From IMG/VR virus record IMGVR_UViG_3300038492_000133, positions 1 through 40,887 of that record: a stretch of 40,887 nucleotides of DNA; one strand, 5' to 3'. Numbering within the stretch: position 1 is the first letter of the stretch; each line of letters begins with the position of its first letter. The position numbers and the translations under genes were made by a program. Positions 1 through 8,309 of the stretch are shown one piece after another. The notes beneath the pieces were generated by a model that was not told the DNA's origin, searched no databases, and was given only the letters and a program-made list of their open reading frames with translations. The stretch is from a virus (Duplodnaviria > Caudoviricetes).

Positions 1-17
1 GTTTCCCAGTCACGATC
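1..17 (+). other. Library artefact: random-amplification (round A/B, SISPA-type) primer tag GTTTCCCAGTCACGATC
   Basis: Exact primer tag sequence at the contig start. Confidence 0.9.
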
Positions 18-44
18 GGGCACGGCGGCCCCTTTGCTGGATAG

Positions 45-542
45 CTTGGGGGTAGTAAAGCATACTTACTTGAAGCAATTCAAGAATGGGGCACAGGAAA
101 AGGCAGCGATGCTGGCAGTCAGGCCGCAATAGCGAAAGAAATAGGCGTATCAAAAGCTGCAGTCACTGGATGGGTGACAGGTAAGACCAAACGCCTTGAC
201 GCAGAGTATTTCTATAAACTCTGCAAGATTACCGGCTACTCAGCAGCCTACATCCTCTATGACAAGTCGCCGAAAAAATCAGATGACTTTGTACGCGACA
301 ATCAGCACGAAGACCTATCCGAAGACGAGTTAACGTTAGTGACACGATTTCGCAAAATGTCGAAGTACCAGAAGAAGAGGTTTATTAGCGAATCAAGATA
401 TAGGCGTATGATCAGTCATACTGGAGAAAAGCAACGTCGAATCGACATACAGCGCGAAATGTCCGCTGATGAGATCAGAGATAGCTGGGTTTCAGATGTT
501 ACGGTTGGTGAGCTGATTCAGGTTTTGCGAGAGAACAAGTAA
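45..542 (+). CDS. XRE/Cro-CI family HTH regulator (true start upstream of the GTG at 174)
   Basis: Frame is open from 45 and reads SQAAIAKEIGVSKAAVTGWVTGKTKRLDAEYFYKLCKITGYSAAYIL, a typical XRE HTH; LSEDELTLVTRFRKMS tail. Confidence 0.8.
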   Translation, partial: LGGSKAYLLEAIQEWGTGKGSDAGSQAAIAKEIGVSKAAVTGWVTGKTKRLDAEYFYKLCKITGYSAAYILYDKSPKKSDDFVRDNQHEDLSEDELTLVTRFRKMSKYQKKRFISESRYRRMISHTGEKQRRIDIQREMSADEIRDSWVSDVTVGELIQVLRENK

Positions 543-555
543 CTGATTGTAGTAT

Positions 556-1185
556 CTATTTTCGAGTTATATCGGAAGCTATCTTCATAACATCAAATGA
601 ACCCCAACATTCTGTAGCTAGCTCGACACCGCTTGGCGGGAAACCCGCTTGGATGATTTTCTTGCCGCGAGTCTGAATAAACTGTACAGCAGGTACAAAA
701 TCCGCATCTGAAGTGGCCAGTACAGCTGCGTCATAGCTATCTTGCATTCCCAATTGCAAAAGATCTGTGACGAGGTAAGTATCAACCCCCTTTTCAACAG
801 TACGAGAAAGCGGTGCACCGCAGTTTGGATTCGCGCAGTGTGTAATTTCTTGATGACAGTCTTGGCACCTGGGCGCACCTCGGGGCCGGCGCTCGCGTGC
901 CTGAACGTTAATGCCTGGCTGCCTATCTAGCCACGTAGTGGCCCACTTCTTGTATCTCTTGCCCTCTTTGGTCTTGGGGTTGTACGAAGTATATATGTAG
1001 CACCCGGAATAGCTATAACTATCTGTTTTTATTGATAAAACTCCACATGCCTCAATAACTAGCTGCTGCCCAAGGACCTTGAAGTCAATGCTAACTCGTT
1101 CATCCGAGGTGTTGTTTTTCTTAGCCATACTATCGTTGAGCGATAGTTGGAAGTTCCAGTAATCTATAAATACTGCAATCTTCAT
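556..1185 (-). CDS. NYN (LabA/DUF88, PIN-like) domain putative RNase with Cys-rich insert
   Basis: AVFIDYWNF, EKGVDTYL, AVLATSDADFVPAV motifs; CQDC...CANPNC insert. Confidence 0.9.
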   Translation of the reverse strand: MKIAVFIDYWNFQLSLNDSMAKKNNTSDERVSIDFKVLGQQLVIEACGVLSIKTDSYSYSGCYIYTSYNPKTKEGKRYKKWATTWLDRQPGINVQARERRPRGAPRCQDCHQEITHCANPNCGAPLSRTVEKGVDTYLVTDLLQLGMQDSYDAAVLATSDADFVPAVQFIQTRGKKIIQAGFPPSGVELATECWGSFDVMKIASDITRK

Positions 1186-1218
1186 GGTATTTCTTTGTCC
1201 AAGGTTGTACTGGGTCTA

Positions 1219-1247
1219 TTGACCCCAATAAAGTTTTCTGGTATACG
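1219..1247 (+). promoter_or_regulatory. Sigma70-like promoter overlapping a palindromic operator candidate (GGGTC-tatt-GACCC, 1212-1225)
   Basis: TTGACC (1219-1224), 17-nt spacer, TGn-TATACG (1242-1247). Confidence 0.55.
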
Positions 1248-1253
1248 GTAAAC

Positions 1254-1354
1254 GGTTCAGAATTGTAGCCCATCTGCTGGGTTCCGATTAGGACAAAAAG
1301 ACCAGCAGATAGTATCGACCCTAGGGGGTGCGTCTCCGCACCCCCTATATTTTG
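1254..1354 (+). ncRNA. Putative ~100-nt small RNA divergent from the NYN gene
   Basis: Lies between the promoter and a terminator; 9-bp stem ATCTGCTGG(1272-1280)/CCAGCAGAT(1302-1310). Confidence 0.45.
1322..1353 (+). terminator. Intrinsic terminator-like hairpin
   Basis: TAGGGGGTGCG-tctc-CGCACCCCCTA followed by TATTTT. Confidence 0.7.
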
Positions 1355-1448
1355 CCCAATGGGTTAAGTCTGCAAGGTCGTGGAATTGGCTGAATGCTAT
1401 TTCAAGTTTCTCACGAACGAGCCAGACGGACAGTAACCGAAATTTTCT

Positions 1449-1667
1449 GCGTTACCGTGTAACGCGGGTGCTTTAACCAGTTCGACCCTAACTCGAAAGG
1501 TTGAGAGCAAAAAGACCCGCTCTGAGAGGTCTAGCCCGAGGGGTGAGCCCGCGTCGATGCCTCTGGCAGGCGCGGGAGCTCGGCGGACCGAAGGGTCTAC
1601 AAAGCCGGCCGCCCTCCGACAAGTGTGCTGGCACGACGTCGATAAGTTGTACGCGGTAAAGGGCACC
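1449..1667 (+). ncRNA. Multi-stem structured non-coding element (putative RNA or origin element)
   Basis: Closing stem 1467-1478/1655-1667 encloses at least 5 hairpins; no convincing CDS. Confidence 0.45.
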
Positions 1668-1730
1668 AGTTGGCAGTACGCAACGTCAAGATGCGGCGGT
1701 GTTTGTTTGTTTGAAAGAAATAGGATTTCT

Positions 1731-2060
1731 ATGAACCGAACCTACACGTGTCCTGAACAATGGGAGCCACGACTTGAGGATATTGAGTGGGCAATGAAGG
1801 CATTCAATATCGATGAGGCTGAGGTATTTCGACAGATTCAGGGCGACGACATCGACCGAAACATGCGGGACTACGAATTTAGCCGGCGGTATTCCGACTG
1901 GAATCGAGTGTTTCGCAATTGGATGCGTAAGGCCAATTCTATGGGTTCGCTTCGGAGAGAGCGAAAACTCCGATTGGTCGAGGAATCGACGCCCGAGGAG
2001 CGCGAGCGCGATATCGAGAAGTGGCGGGAGGACATGGAGCGATTGGGAGTGAAGGTATGA
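1731..2060 (+). CDS. DnaT-like ssDNA-binding / phage replication protein
   Basis: C-terminal YSDWNRVFRNWMRKA motif; AGGA RBS before ATG 1731. Confidence 0.6.
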   Translation: MNRTYTCPEQWEPRLEDIEWAMKAFNIDEAEVFRQIQGDDIDRNMRDYEFSRRYSDWNRVFRNWMRKANSMGSLRRERKLRLVEESTPEERERDIEKWREDMERLGVKV

Positions 2061-2248
2061 ACGAAACATCGTCAAGTGGCGGCATTGGGTTTGTCGGGCT
2101 GCTAACCATTTTGTTCATTGGCTTGAAACTCACCGACTTCATTTCGTGGTCGTGGTGGTGGGTGCTGTCGCCGCTGTGGATTTCGGCAATCCTCGTGATT
2201 GTGTTCGTTGTGATCTTTGTAGCGTCATTGGCGCGCAGCGAGCCTTGA
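2057..2248 (+). CDS. Small two-TM phage membrane protein
   Basis: LFIGLKLTDFISWSWWWVLSPLW signature common in phages; ATGA overlap. Confidence 0.75.
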   Translation: MNETSSSGGIGFVGLLTILFIGLKLTDFISWSWWWVLSPLWISAILVIVFVVIFVASLARSEP

Positions 2249-2251
2249 CAA

Positions 2252-2953
2252 ATGGACGCTGCGAGGCTTGCGGAAACCTTGACAACCTATCCCCAATGCT
2301 CCGACGAGACTACCGGACAGCAGAACGGAAGCATGCCTGGGTTTGTGAGCGCTGCCGTTGCGCGCGGCAGAGATCACTACAAGCGGATATTGGACAGAGA
2401 AAAGCGACTGTACCGTGCAGTTCGTGATCCCAGGATAGCTGAGACATTTGCAGCTGAACTCGCTGAACGTTACGGCATTTGCTCTAGCACGGCCAGCCAT
2501 CTGAAGAAGCGCATAACGCTGGCGAATCGCTTGTCGATGATAGACGCCTACAAAGCTCGTGTTGAGACCGCGCAACGTCAGTATGCGATAAGCGTTGATC
2601 CGGAGTTGGGCTCGAAGACGGATCGCGAGATTGGGGAGAAGTACGACGCGGGCCCACCGTTCGTTCGCAATGTCCGCATTCGGTTGGGTATTCGCTGTCG
2701 CTCACCGCAGAGCCGAACCTACGTCTTCGACATCATGGCGGCGCATGAGAGCGGAGATGTCGACCTGACAAGCATGTGCAGTTCCGAGGTTCTCAAGGCG
2801 CTTTCTCTGCCGTGTACCGTCAACGTCGTCAGCAACGCCCGCAAACGCTTGGGTATTCGTTACGAGCCCGCGCATGGTTGGCGGCCGAGAAAGAACAGGG
2901 GTTATCTGAGTAACGAGAAGAACAACCAGTTACTGCAGGGGTGGCTCCGATGA
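2252..2953 (+). CDS. Hypothetical, possible HTH-repeat DNA-binding protein (start uncertain)
   Basis: KTDREIGEKY...VRIRLGI and VSNARKRLGI repeats. Confidence 0.5.
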   Translation: MDAARLAETLTTYPQCSDETTGQQNGSMPGFVSAAVARGRDHYKRILDREKRLYRAVRDPRIAETFAAELAERYGICSSTASHLKKRITLANRLSMIDAYKARVETAQRQYAISVDPELGSKTDREIGEKYDAGPPFVRNVRIRLGIRCRSPQSRTYVFDIMAAHESGDVDLTSMCSSEVLKALSLPCTVNVVSNARKRLGIRYEPAHGWRPRKNRGYLSNEKNNQLLQGWLR

Positions 2954-3135
2954 ACTGGTTCAGCGTCAATGCTCGTCGTCTCCGTTGGCTGTTTTGCTCT
3001 CTGGTCTCGGGCTTCGTCATGTACCAGTGGTGGGGCGACACCTACGCATTCTCAACGATCCTGATGTTGGTCGGGCTGTTAATTACGTCGGCCGCTGTAG
3101 GCGGGTTGGTGATGTTGTTGCTGGAGGCAATTTGA
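2950..3135 (+). CDS. Small membrane protein
   Basis: Hydrophobic segments; overlap-coupled to both neighbours. Confidence 0.55.
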   Translation: MNWFSVNARRLRWLFCSLVSGFVMYQWWGDTYAFSTILMLVGLLITSAAVGGLVMLLLEAI

Positions 3136-3452
3136 GCATCGAGGCCAAGCTCGAAGCCGTTCGCAACCGCACGGCCGAGTATGGGCGCTTGTACGGCGCG
3201 AAGGAAACGGCGGACGACTACCTCAAGGTCACGTACGCGACGCTGTACGCGGACGCTGAGGGCCAGACAGTGACGGACAGAGACTCGTGGGTGCGCCGGC
3301 ACGAGGAGTACCAAGAGGCGATCAAGCGCAAGCAGAACGCTTATGCCGACTTCAAGGAGTCCGAGACGTATCTCAAGTTGCTGTTCGCTGAGGTCGAGGT
3401 TTACCGCACGGAATGTGCGAACGATAGGGCGGTCGATAGGGCGCATAGATGA
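3132..3452 (+). CDS. Conserved helical phage protein
   Basis: TTG start overlapping the upstream stop; GGAGG RBS; charged helical sequence ending EVYRTECANDR. Confidence 0.65.
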   Translation: MSIEAKLEAVRNRTAEYGRLYGAKETADDYLKVTYATLYADAEGQTVTDRDSWVRRHEEYQEAIKRKQNAYADFKESETYLKLLFAEVEVYRTECANDRAVDRAHR

Positions 3453-3457
3453 TCGTA

Positions 3458-3624
3458 TGAGAATGAAGTTCTTGACTTGGTTGTGTTGGGTGTCGTCTAC
3501 GATTTTCTTCGCGTGGGCGGTGTTGTGGGTGCCGGAAGGGTCTCCTCAGTTCTTTCTTGTTCTGTTGGCGATTGCTCATTTTGTTGGTGGACTTTTCTTG
3601 GTTGTCGATGAGTTTGGCGATTGA
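3458..3624 (+). CDS. Small membrane protein
   Basis: Two hydrophobic helices. Confidence 0.5.
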
Positions 3625-3848
3625 GCAACGTCAGCGTTCACAACTTCGGCAAGTACACGCCTCAGCAGTTGTTGCTCGATGTTCAGCAACACGTTGACGA
3701 TATCGACGCCATTGTTGTGATTATTCGGCGCGGAAAGAAGATCAATTGCTCGTGGTCCGGGGCTGAGCTGATAGACCGCCTGGGGATGTGCGATGTGGCG
3801 AAGGATGACATGCTGGTTAAGGCGAGGCCCAATGGGAATCAAGCGTAA
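3621..3848 (+). CDS. Hypothetical protein
   Basis: TTGA overlap; tiles the operon. Confidence 0.55.
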   Translation: MSNVSVHNFGKYTPQQLLLDVQQHVDDIDAIVVIIRRGKKINCSWSGAELIDRLGMCDVAKDDMLVKARPNGNQA

Positions 3849-4257
3849 CGCCGCCGACAAGTGGTTATCCGATTGTGTTCGAGAGTCGGTTGGCTGGACT
3901 TGCGAGCGCTGCAAGAAATACTTCCCCGAGGGAAGGGGCAGGGCTGGGCTCCACCTAAGCCACTTCTACGGCCGCGGCGGAAAGTCGGTTCGCTATTTCC
4001 CCGACAACTGCGACAGTTTGTGTTACGGCTGCCACAAGTTCATGGAGCGTTCCAGGGACGAGTACAAGCGATTCAAGCTCAAGAAGCTCGGTGATGTCAG
4101 GTACGAGGAGCTAGTGCTCAGAGCCAACAGCCCGAGGAAGTACTCGAAGGCCGACATCAAGGAAATGTCCGCCCACTACCGCAGCCAGTACCGATACATG
4201 CAGCGGAGGAGGGCAGAGGGTGAGCGGGGGTATTTGCCGTTGGTGAGGTATGACTGA
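3832..4257 (+). CDS. ninG: NinG/Rap-family recombination endonuclease
   Basis: CERC, HLSHFYGR, VRYFPDN..LCYGCH; located just before the Q-like gene. Confidence 0.75.
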   Translation: MGIKRNAADKWLSDCVRESVGWTCERCKKYFPEGRGRAGLHLSHFYGRGGKSVRYFPDNCDSLCYGCHKFMERSRDEYKRFKLKKLGDVRYEELVLRANSPRKYSKADIKEMSAHYRSQYRYMQRRRAEGERGYLPLVRYD

Positions 4258-4266
4258 ATTCTGGGA

Positions 4267-4677
4267 GTGGATCGGAGACCATTTCGGATGAAGAAGCTAA
4301 CCGGGCTTCTACATGAAGCCGGCGATTGGCACAGGCGACACCATGACTATACTGGATTCAGTCCTATCAGCATTCACTATCGGATCTGGCTGGAGGGGCA
4401 TGTGCAGCGTACAGGCCCTCGTCACAAGGTTCTTTGTCCCGACCAACCGATGTATCTGAGGCGTGTCGATATGGCTGTGGCGAGGCTCTCAAAGCGTATG
4501 AGGCAGTGCATCCAGGTCAAGTTCTTTTCGCCGCTCAAAGAGGACGGCAACGCGTTCACCCATCGTCAGATGGCGTTAGGCATCGGGATCAGCAAAGACG
4601 CGTTCGAGAAAAATGTCCACAGAGGGAAGCAAAAAGTATCCAGAATTTTATCCAAAATGGGGGTTGCAATGTCCTAG
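4267..4677 (+). CDS. Late-gene regulator, antiterminator Q-like (alternative start ATG 4288)
   Basis: VDMAVARL..RMRQCI and C-terminal HTH RQMALGIGISKDAFEKNVHRGK; position before the late operon. Confidence 0.7.
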   Translation: MDRRPFRMKKLTGLLHEAGDWHRRHHDYTGFSPISIHYRIWLEGHVQRTGPRHKVLCPDQPMYLRRVDMAVARLSKRMRQCIQVKFFSPLKEDGNAFTHRQMALGIGISKDAFEKNVHRGKQKVSRILSKMGVAMS

Positions 4678-4807
4678 ATTGTGTGTGTAGCGTGTCAATC
4701 TGGCGTAAGTTGTATCTACAGCCCGCCCAGGGTCCGAGTGAAAGCTATCGGCACACCGGTCAATAGATAGCCTCGGCCAACGCCGCAGAACAGCGGCCTT
4801 TATTCCC

Positions 4808-4831
4808 AAACCCGCCATCGAGCGGGTTTTT
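4808..4831 (+). terminator. Intrinsic terminator (tR'-like) ahead of the late genes
   Basis: AAACCCGC-catcga-GCGGGTTTTT. Confidence 0.75.
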
Positions 4832-4846
4832 CCATGCCCAAAGGAT

Positions 4847-6784
4847 TTGCCGCCATTCATGACTTCTGTGACACGGAAGGCAACGTTTGATGTCTGGTAC
4901 GACGACGAGCAAATCGGCCGGCATTTTTCCGGGGATGAGTGCTACGAGACGATCATCAAGCACCGTGCGGCAGACACCAGCCCCGCGCTTGGCGTCTATC
5001 AGATACGCATCGGCGCAGAGGTTCTGTACGAGATAGACATGGGATTGATTGCTCGAACTGTCGTACCTCCGGATCCAGCTACAGACCAACCGCCGACAGT
5101 AGTCTCTACGCCCAACCCGCAGTTCACCGTTGGTACTGCGGGCACGTATGACCTGAAGACGGATTTCTCCGACGACGGCCTGTCGGCGGTTACGTGGGAC
5201 ATCACGGGAGCTTTGGGTGCTGGGCTGTCCGTCAATACGTCGACCGGGATTCTGTCGTATGACGGTGTTGGGGCGGCGTCTAGCAACTCCCACACGGCTA
5301 CGGCTACGGACGCTGTTGGCGTAGCAACCACTCCGTCTTTCACGATTTCGGTTACGGAGCTGCCGAGTAACGCCTTTGTGGCGCACACGCCGACACTGTA
5401 TGTGCCGCGGGTGTACGGCGTCGCCGGTCACGGCATGGATTCGGCGTTTGGCACGGCCTCCGCTGGTGAGTCAACCGTTACGGTGAGGGTTCAGCGGGTT
5501 ACGTCAACCAGCGATGGCGCCGGAGACGGTACTTTCCGCTTTGCTGCTGCGCTCACCGAGAGTGATAGGACGGTTGTCGTATTTGACGCCGATGGCTTTC
5601 AGGTCATGGGCAGCAACCTGTCGATCACGCAAGGCAACAAGACCTTTGCGTTCAATACGGCACCTGGGGATGGCTACTATCTGCGCGGTGCAAAAACCAG
5701 GGTAACGGCAAGCGACATATTGATATGGCATGGCGGGTTCTCGGCTGGAGGGACTTCTCCTGGTGACGATTCGTTCGCCTTTGCCGCTCAGAGCACCCAC
5801 AACAACCTGGCACTAGTCAACTGTGCGTTTTGGCTTGGCGCTGATGAGGCGATGGAGGCAGTTGATGCGCAGGACATGAACATCTACAGTTGCTTGTTCA
5901 GCCATACGATCAACCAGCCCCCAAACAACCACAAGTTCGGTCCTCTCCTAGACCGATGCGGTGACGTAAGTTTCTACCGCAGCTACATCGCGCACATGCA
6001 GCAGCGCTCGCCTCGTATAGCGGGGGAGGTCGGCGTCGATATCGCCAACAACGTCATGTACAACTGCGGCGGTATTGGCGTCTCGAACATGTACGGCCAG
6101 AACAACGTCCCCCACATCGACAATATCTGGCGAAATCTCTATGTAGACGGACCGGATTCCGGATCCGGTACGCCCGCAATTGTGGTGAACGAATCGCAAA
6201 ACGGGACCTGGAATCCCGGCGGACAGGTATACATCGGCGACGGAGCTGCGAGTGACGCTAATACGCTGGTTGGGTACACGACCCTGTACGAAGACGATGT
6301 ACCGGGACAGACCGTAACGCTTGCGTCATCTGCCCTGTCTGCAGCGATTCCGCATGGTAACAACTCGACGCCGATCAACACCCTGACGAACCTAGAAGCG
6401 TTCAATTTGATGACCGGCAATGTCGGGCCGAGGCCGGCGTCTAGGCTTGCCTACTTCCAGGAAGTGATCGACAACGGCAGGAACGCGATCATTGGCTCGG
6501 GTTCGTTGGGTAGCTATGCCGGCGACAACCCAACACAAACGTACTCCGGAGGTACCGCTGGTTACGACGACATCTCGGGTACGACAACCGATAACTTCGC
6601 GGCTCTGGATTCGTTTCTCTCTGCCAACTATTCGACCCCTGCCGACTACCAGTTGGTATCGACGGGCACGAATCATCGCACATACAGGTTCGAGGTCGAT
6701 TCGGGAACGGGCTACACGCCGATAGACGTTTGGCTCAACGAGTCCGTTAACGATGGCGTCATGAATGCGGGCTGGGAGACCTAG
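4847..6784 (+). CDS. Ig-like domain plus PL1-type pectate-lyase beta-helix; putative virion depolymerase/decoration protein
   Basis: VTSTSDGAGDGTFRFA, VVVFD, TAPGDG, ADEAM, AHMQQRSPR, NNVMYN motifs; He_PIG-like GLSVNTSTGILS. Confidence 0.75.
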   Translation: MPPFMTSVTRKATFDVWYDDEQIGRHFSGDECYETIIKHRAADTSPALGVYQIRIGAEVLYEIDMGLIARTVVPPDPATDQPPTVVSTPNPQFTVGTAGTYDLKTDFSDDGLSAVTWDITGALGAGLSVNTSTGILSYDGVGAASSNSHTATATDAVGVATTPSFTISVTELPSNAFVAHTPTLYVPRVYGVAGHGMDSAFGTASAGESTVTVRVQRVTSTSDGAGDGTFRFAAALTESDRTVVVFDADGFQVMGSNLSITQGNKTFAFNTAPGDGYYLRGAKTRVTASDILIWHGGFSAGGTSPGDDSFAFAAQSTHNNLALVNCAFWLGADEAMEAVDAQDMNIYSCLFSHTINQPPNNHKFGPLLDRCGDVSFYRSYIAHMQQRSPRIAGEVGVDIANNVMYNCGGIGVSNMYGQNNVPHIDNIWRNLYVDGPDSGSGTPAIVVNESQNGTWNPGGQVYIGDGAASDANTLVGYTTLYEDDVPGQTVTLASSALSAAIPHGNNSTPINTLTNLEAFNLMTGNVGPRPASRLAYFQEVIDNGRNAIIGSGSLGSYAGDNPTQTYSGGTAGYDDISGTTTDNFAALDSFLSANYSTPADYQLVSTGTNHRTYRFEVDSGTGYTPIDVWLNESVNDGVMNAGWET

Positions 6785-7429
6785 GTGGCCGTCGCGTTTG
6801 TGGCTCAGGATGACAACGGGGGCAACACTCCCGTTACGATTTCCTCGTTCACGATCAACTCCGGTGAGTTGGCTATCGTTACGGTGGACACCGAGGATGG
6901 AACGACCGGAAGCCAGATAGATTGGGGGTCAGATACGGATGCCTTCACCCTTCTGGGGCGTGCTACGAATTCTGGCGTAGGTTCCGCTGAGATTTGGTAC
7001 GCGGAGGGACTAAGCGGCACCGAAGATGTAGTCGCTACCTTGTCTGGAAGCGGTGCGCATTGGGTCGGTATTTCGACCTGGACTGGCGCGGGCGTTCCTA
7101 CTGACTTCACCTCAGAGACCCCAGACGCACAGTCTTCGCCGCAGTCCATCACCGTGCCAAATTCGGGTGCGGATGATTTCATTCTCGATGTTCTGAGGGC
7201 GCTCGGTAGCACCAATACCGTTGGGGCAGATCAGACCGAACTCCACAATCAGGCTGCTGGTGGCGATGAACACGTGTCTTCACGACAGGATGGGGTAGAT
7301 GGCGGCGATATGAGTTGGACCTACTCGGGGTCCACAGACCTCGTACATGCTGGATGCCGAATTCCCGCAGCAGCTTCCGGAAGCATTGCCCCCATAGCGC
7401 ACCATCACTACAACACGACGTTGAAATAG
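6785..7429 (+). CDS. Beta-rich putative virion protein
   Basis: G/S/T/D-rich composition; GGAG RBS. Confidence 0.7.
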   Translation: MAVAFVAQDDNGGNTPVTISSFTINSGELAIVTVDTEDGTTGSQIDWGSDTDAFTLLGRATNSGVGSAEIWYAEGLSGTEDVVATLSGSGAHWVGISTWTGAGVPTDFTSETPDAQSSPQSITVPNSGADDFILDVLRALGSTNTVGADQTELHNQAAGGDEHVSSRQDGVDGGDMSWTYSGSTDLVHAGCRIPAAASGSIAPIAHHHYNTTLK

Positions 7430-7430
7430 C

Positions 7431-8306
7431 ATGGCAATAGTTTTGCGACAAAGCACGGCAGTTGATGTCTTGATTGGTCCGTTCGTGGACTCGACGGATG
7501 GCGTAACCGCAGAAACGGGGCTGACAATTGCGCAGGCCGATGTGCGGCTTTCGAAGAACGGCCAGAACATGGCGCAGAAGAACGACAACACGGCATGCGT
7601 GCATGATGAGATCGGCTATTACAACTGCGAGCTTGACGCGACCGATACCGACACGATAGGGGCGCTCACACTATCGGTCGCTGAGTCTGGGGCGCTAGCC
7701 GTCCGGCATGACTTTCAGGTCGTTGATGCTGGTGTATACGACGCCATCTACGCTTCGTCACCGACGCTCATTACCTCGCAAGATATTGGTCAGTTGTACG
7801 AGAGCGCAATCACGACCGTCAACAGTCAGACCTCATTCGACATGACGACCAACATCGTCACGGACGACAACTGGATAGGAAATCTCTGCACGATTGAGGA
7901 TGTCACGACAAACGAAATCGTCACGCACTACGTATCGGACGTGGACCAGGCCAATGATCGCATTATCATTGACTCTGCGCCGGTTTTTACCGTGGCTACC
8001 TCGGATGTCATTCGAGTCCATGCGCAGAAGCATCCGGAATGGGCGAACGCGCAGTATGACGGCGCGACCCATGACGAGCTAGTCGCTCTATTCCAGCTTT
8101 TGTTGCGAAGCGATTCGGCCATCAATACGGACAGAGCATCCACATTGACGCTCATCAATACAGATCAGGGATCCGGTGCCGGCGATTACTCGAACACCAC
8201 GGACTCTGTAGAGGCCCGCGCAGATGCGGTCGATGACGTCAATGTTGCACAAATGAACGGCACGACCCTTGAGGGTACGGGCGAACCCGGCGATTTGTGG
8301 AGATAG
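7431..8306 (+). CDS. Putative virion (head fibre/decoration) protein
   Basis: IGPFVDSTDGVTAETGLTI..ADVRLSKNG N-terminus of a type seen in phage structural regions. Confidence 0.7.
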   Translation: MAIVLRQSTAVDVLIGPFVDSTDGVTAETGLTIAQADVRLSKNGQNMAQKNDNTACVHDEIGYYNCELDATDTDTIGALTLSVAESGALAVRHDFQVVDAGVYDAIYASSPTLITSQDIGQLYESAITTVNSQTSFDMTTNIVTDDNWIGNLCTIEDVTTNEIVTHYVSDVDQANDRIIIDSAPVFTVATSDVIRVHAQKHPEWANAQYDGATHDELVALFQLLLRSDSAINTDRASTLTLINTDQGSGAGDYSNTTDSVEARADAVDDVNVAQMNGTTLEGTGEPGDLWR

Positions 8307-8309
8307 CCA

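Noticed and set aside
1557-1730. N-terminal extension of the DnaT-like ORF
   Set aside because: Sequence is hairpin-rich with unnatural translation; RBS supports ATG 1731
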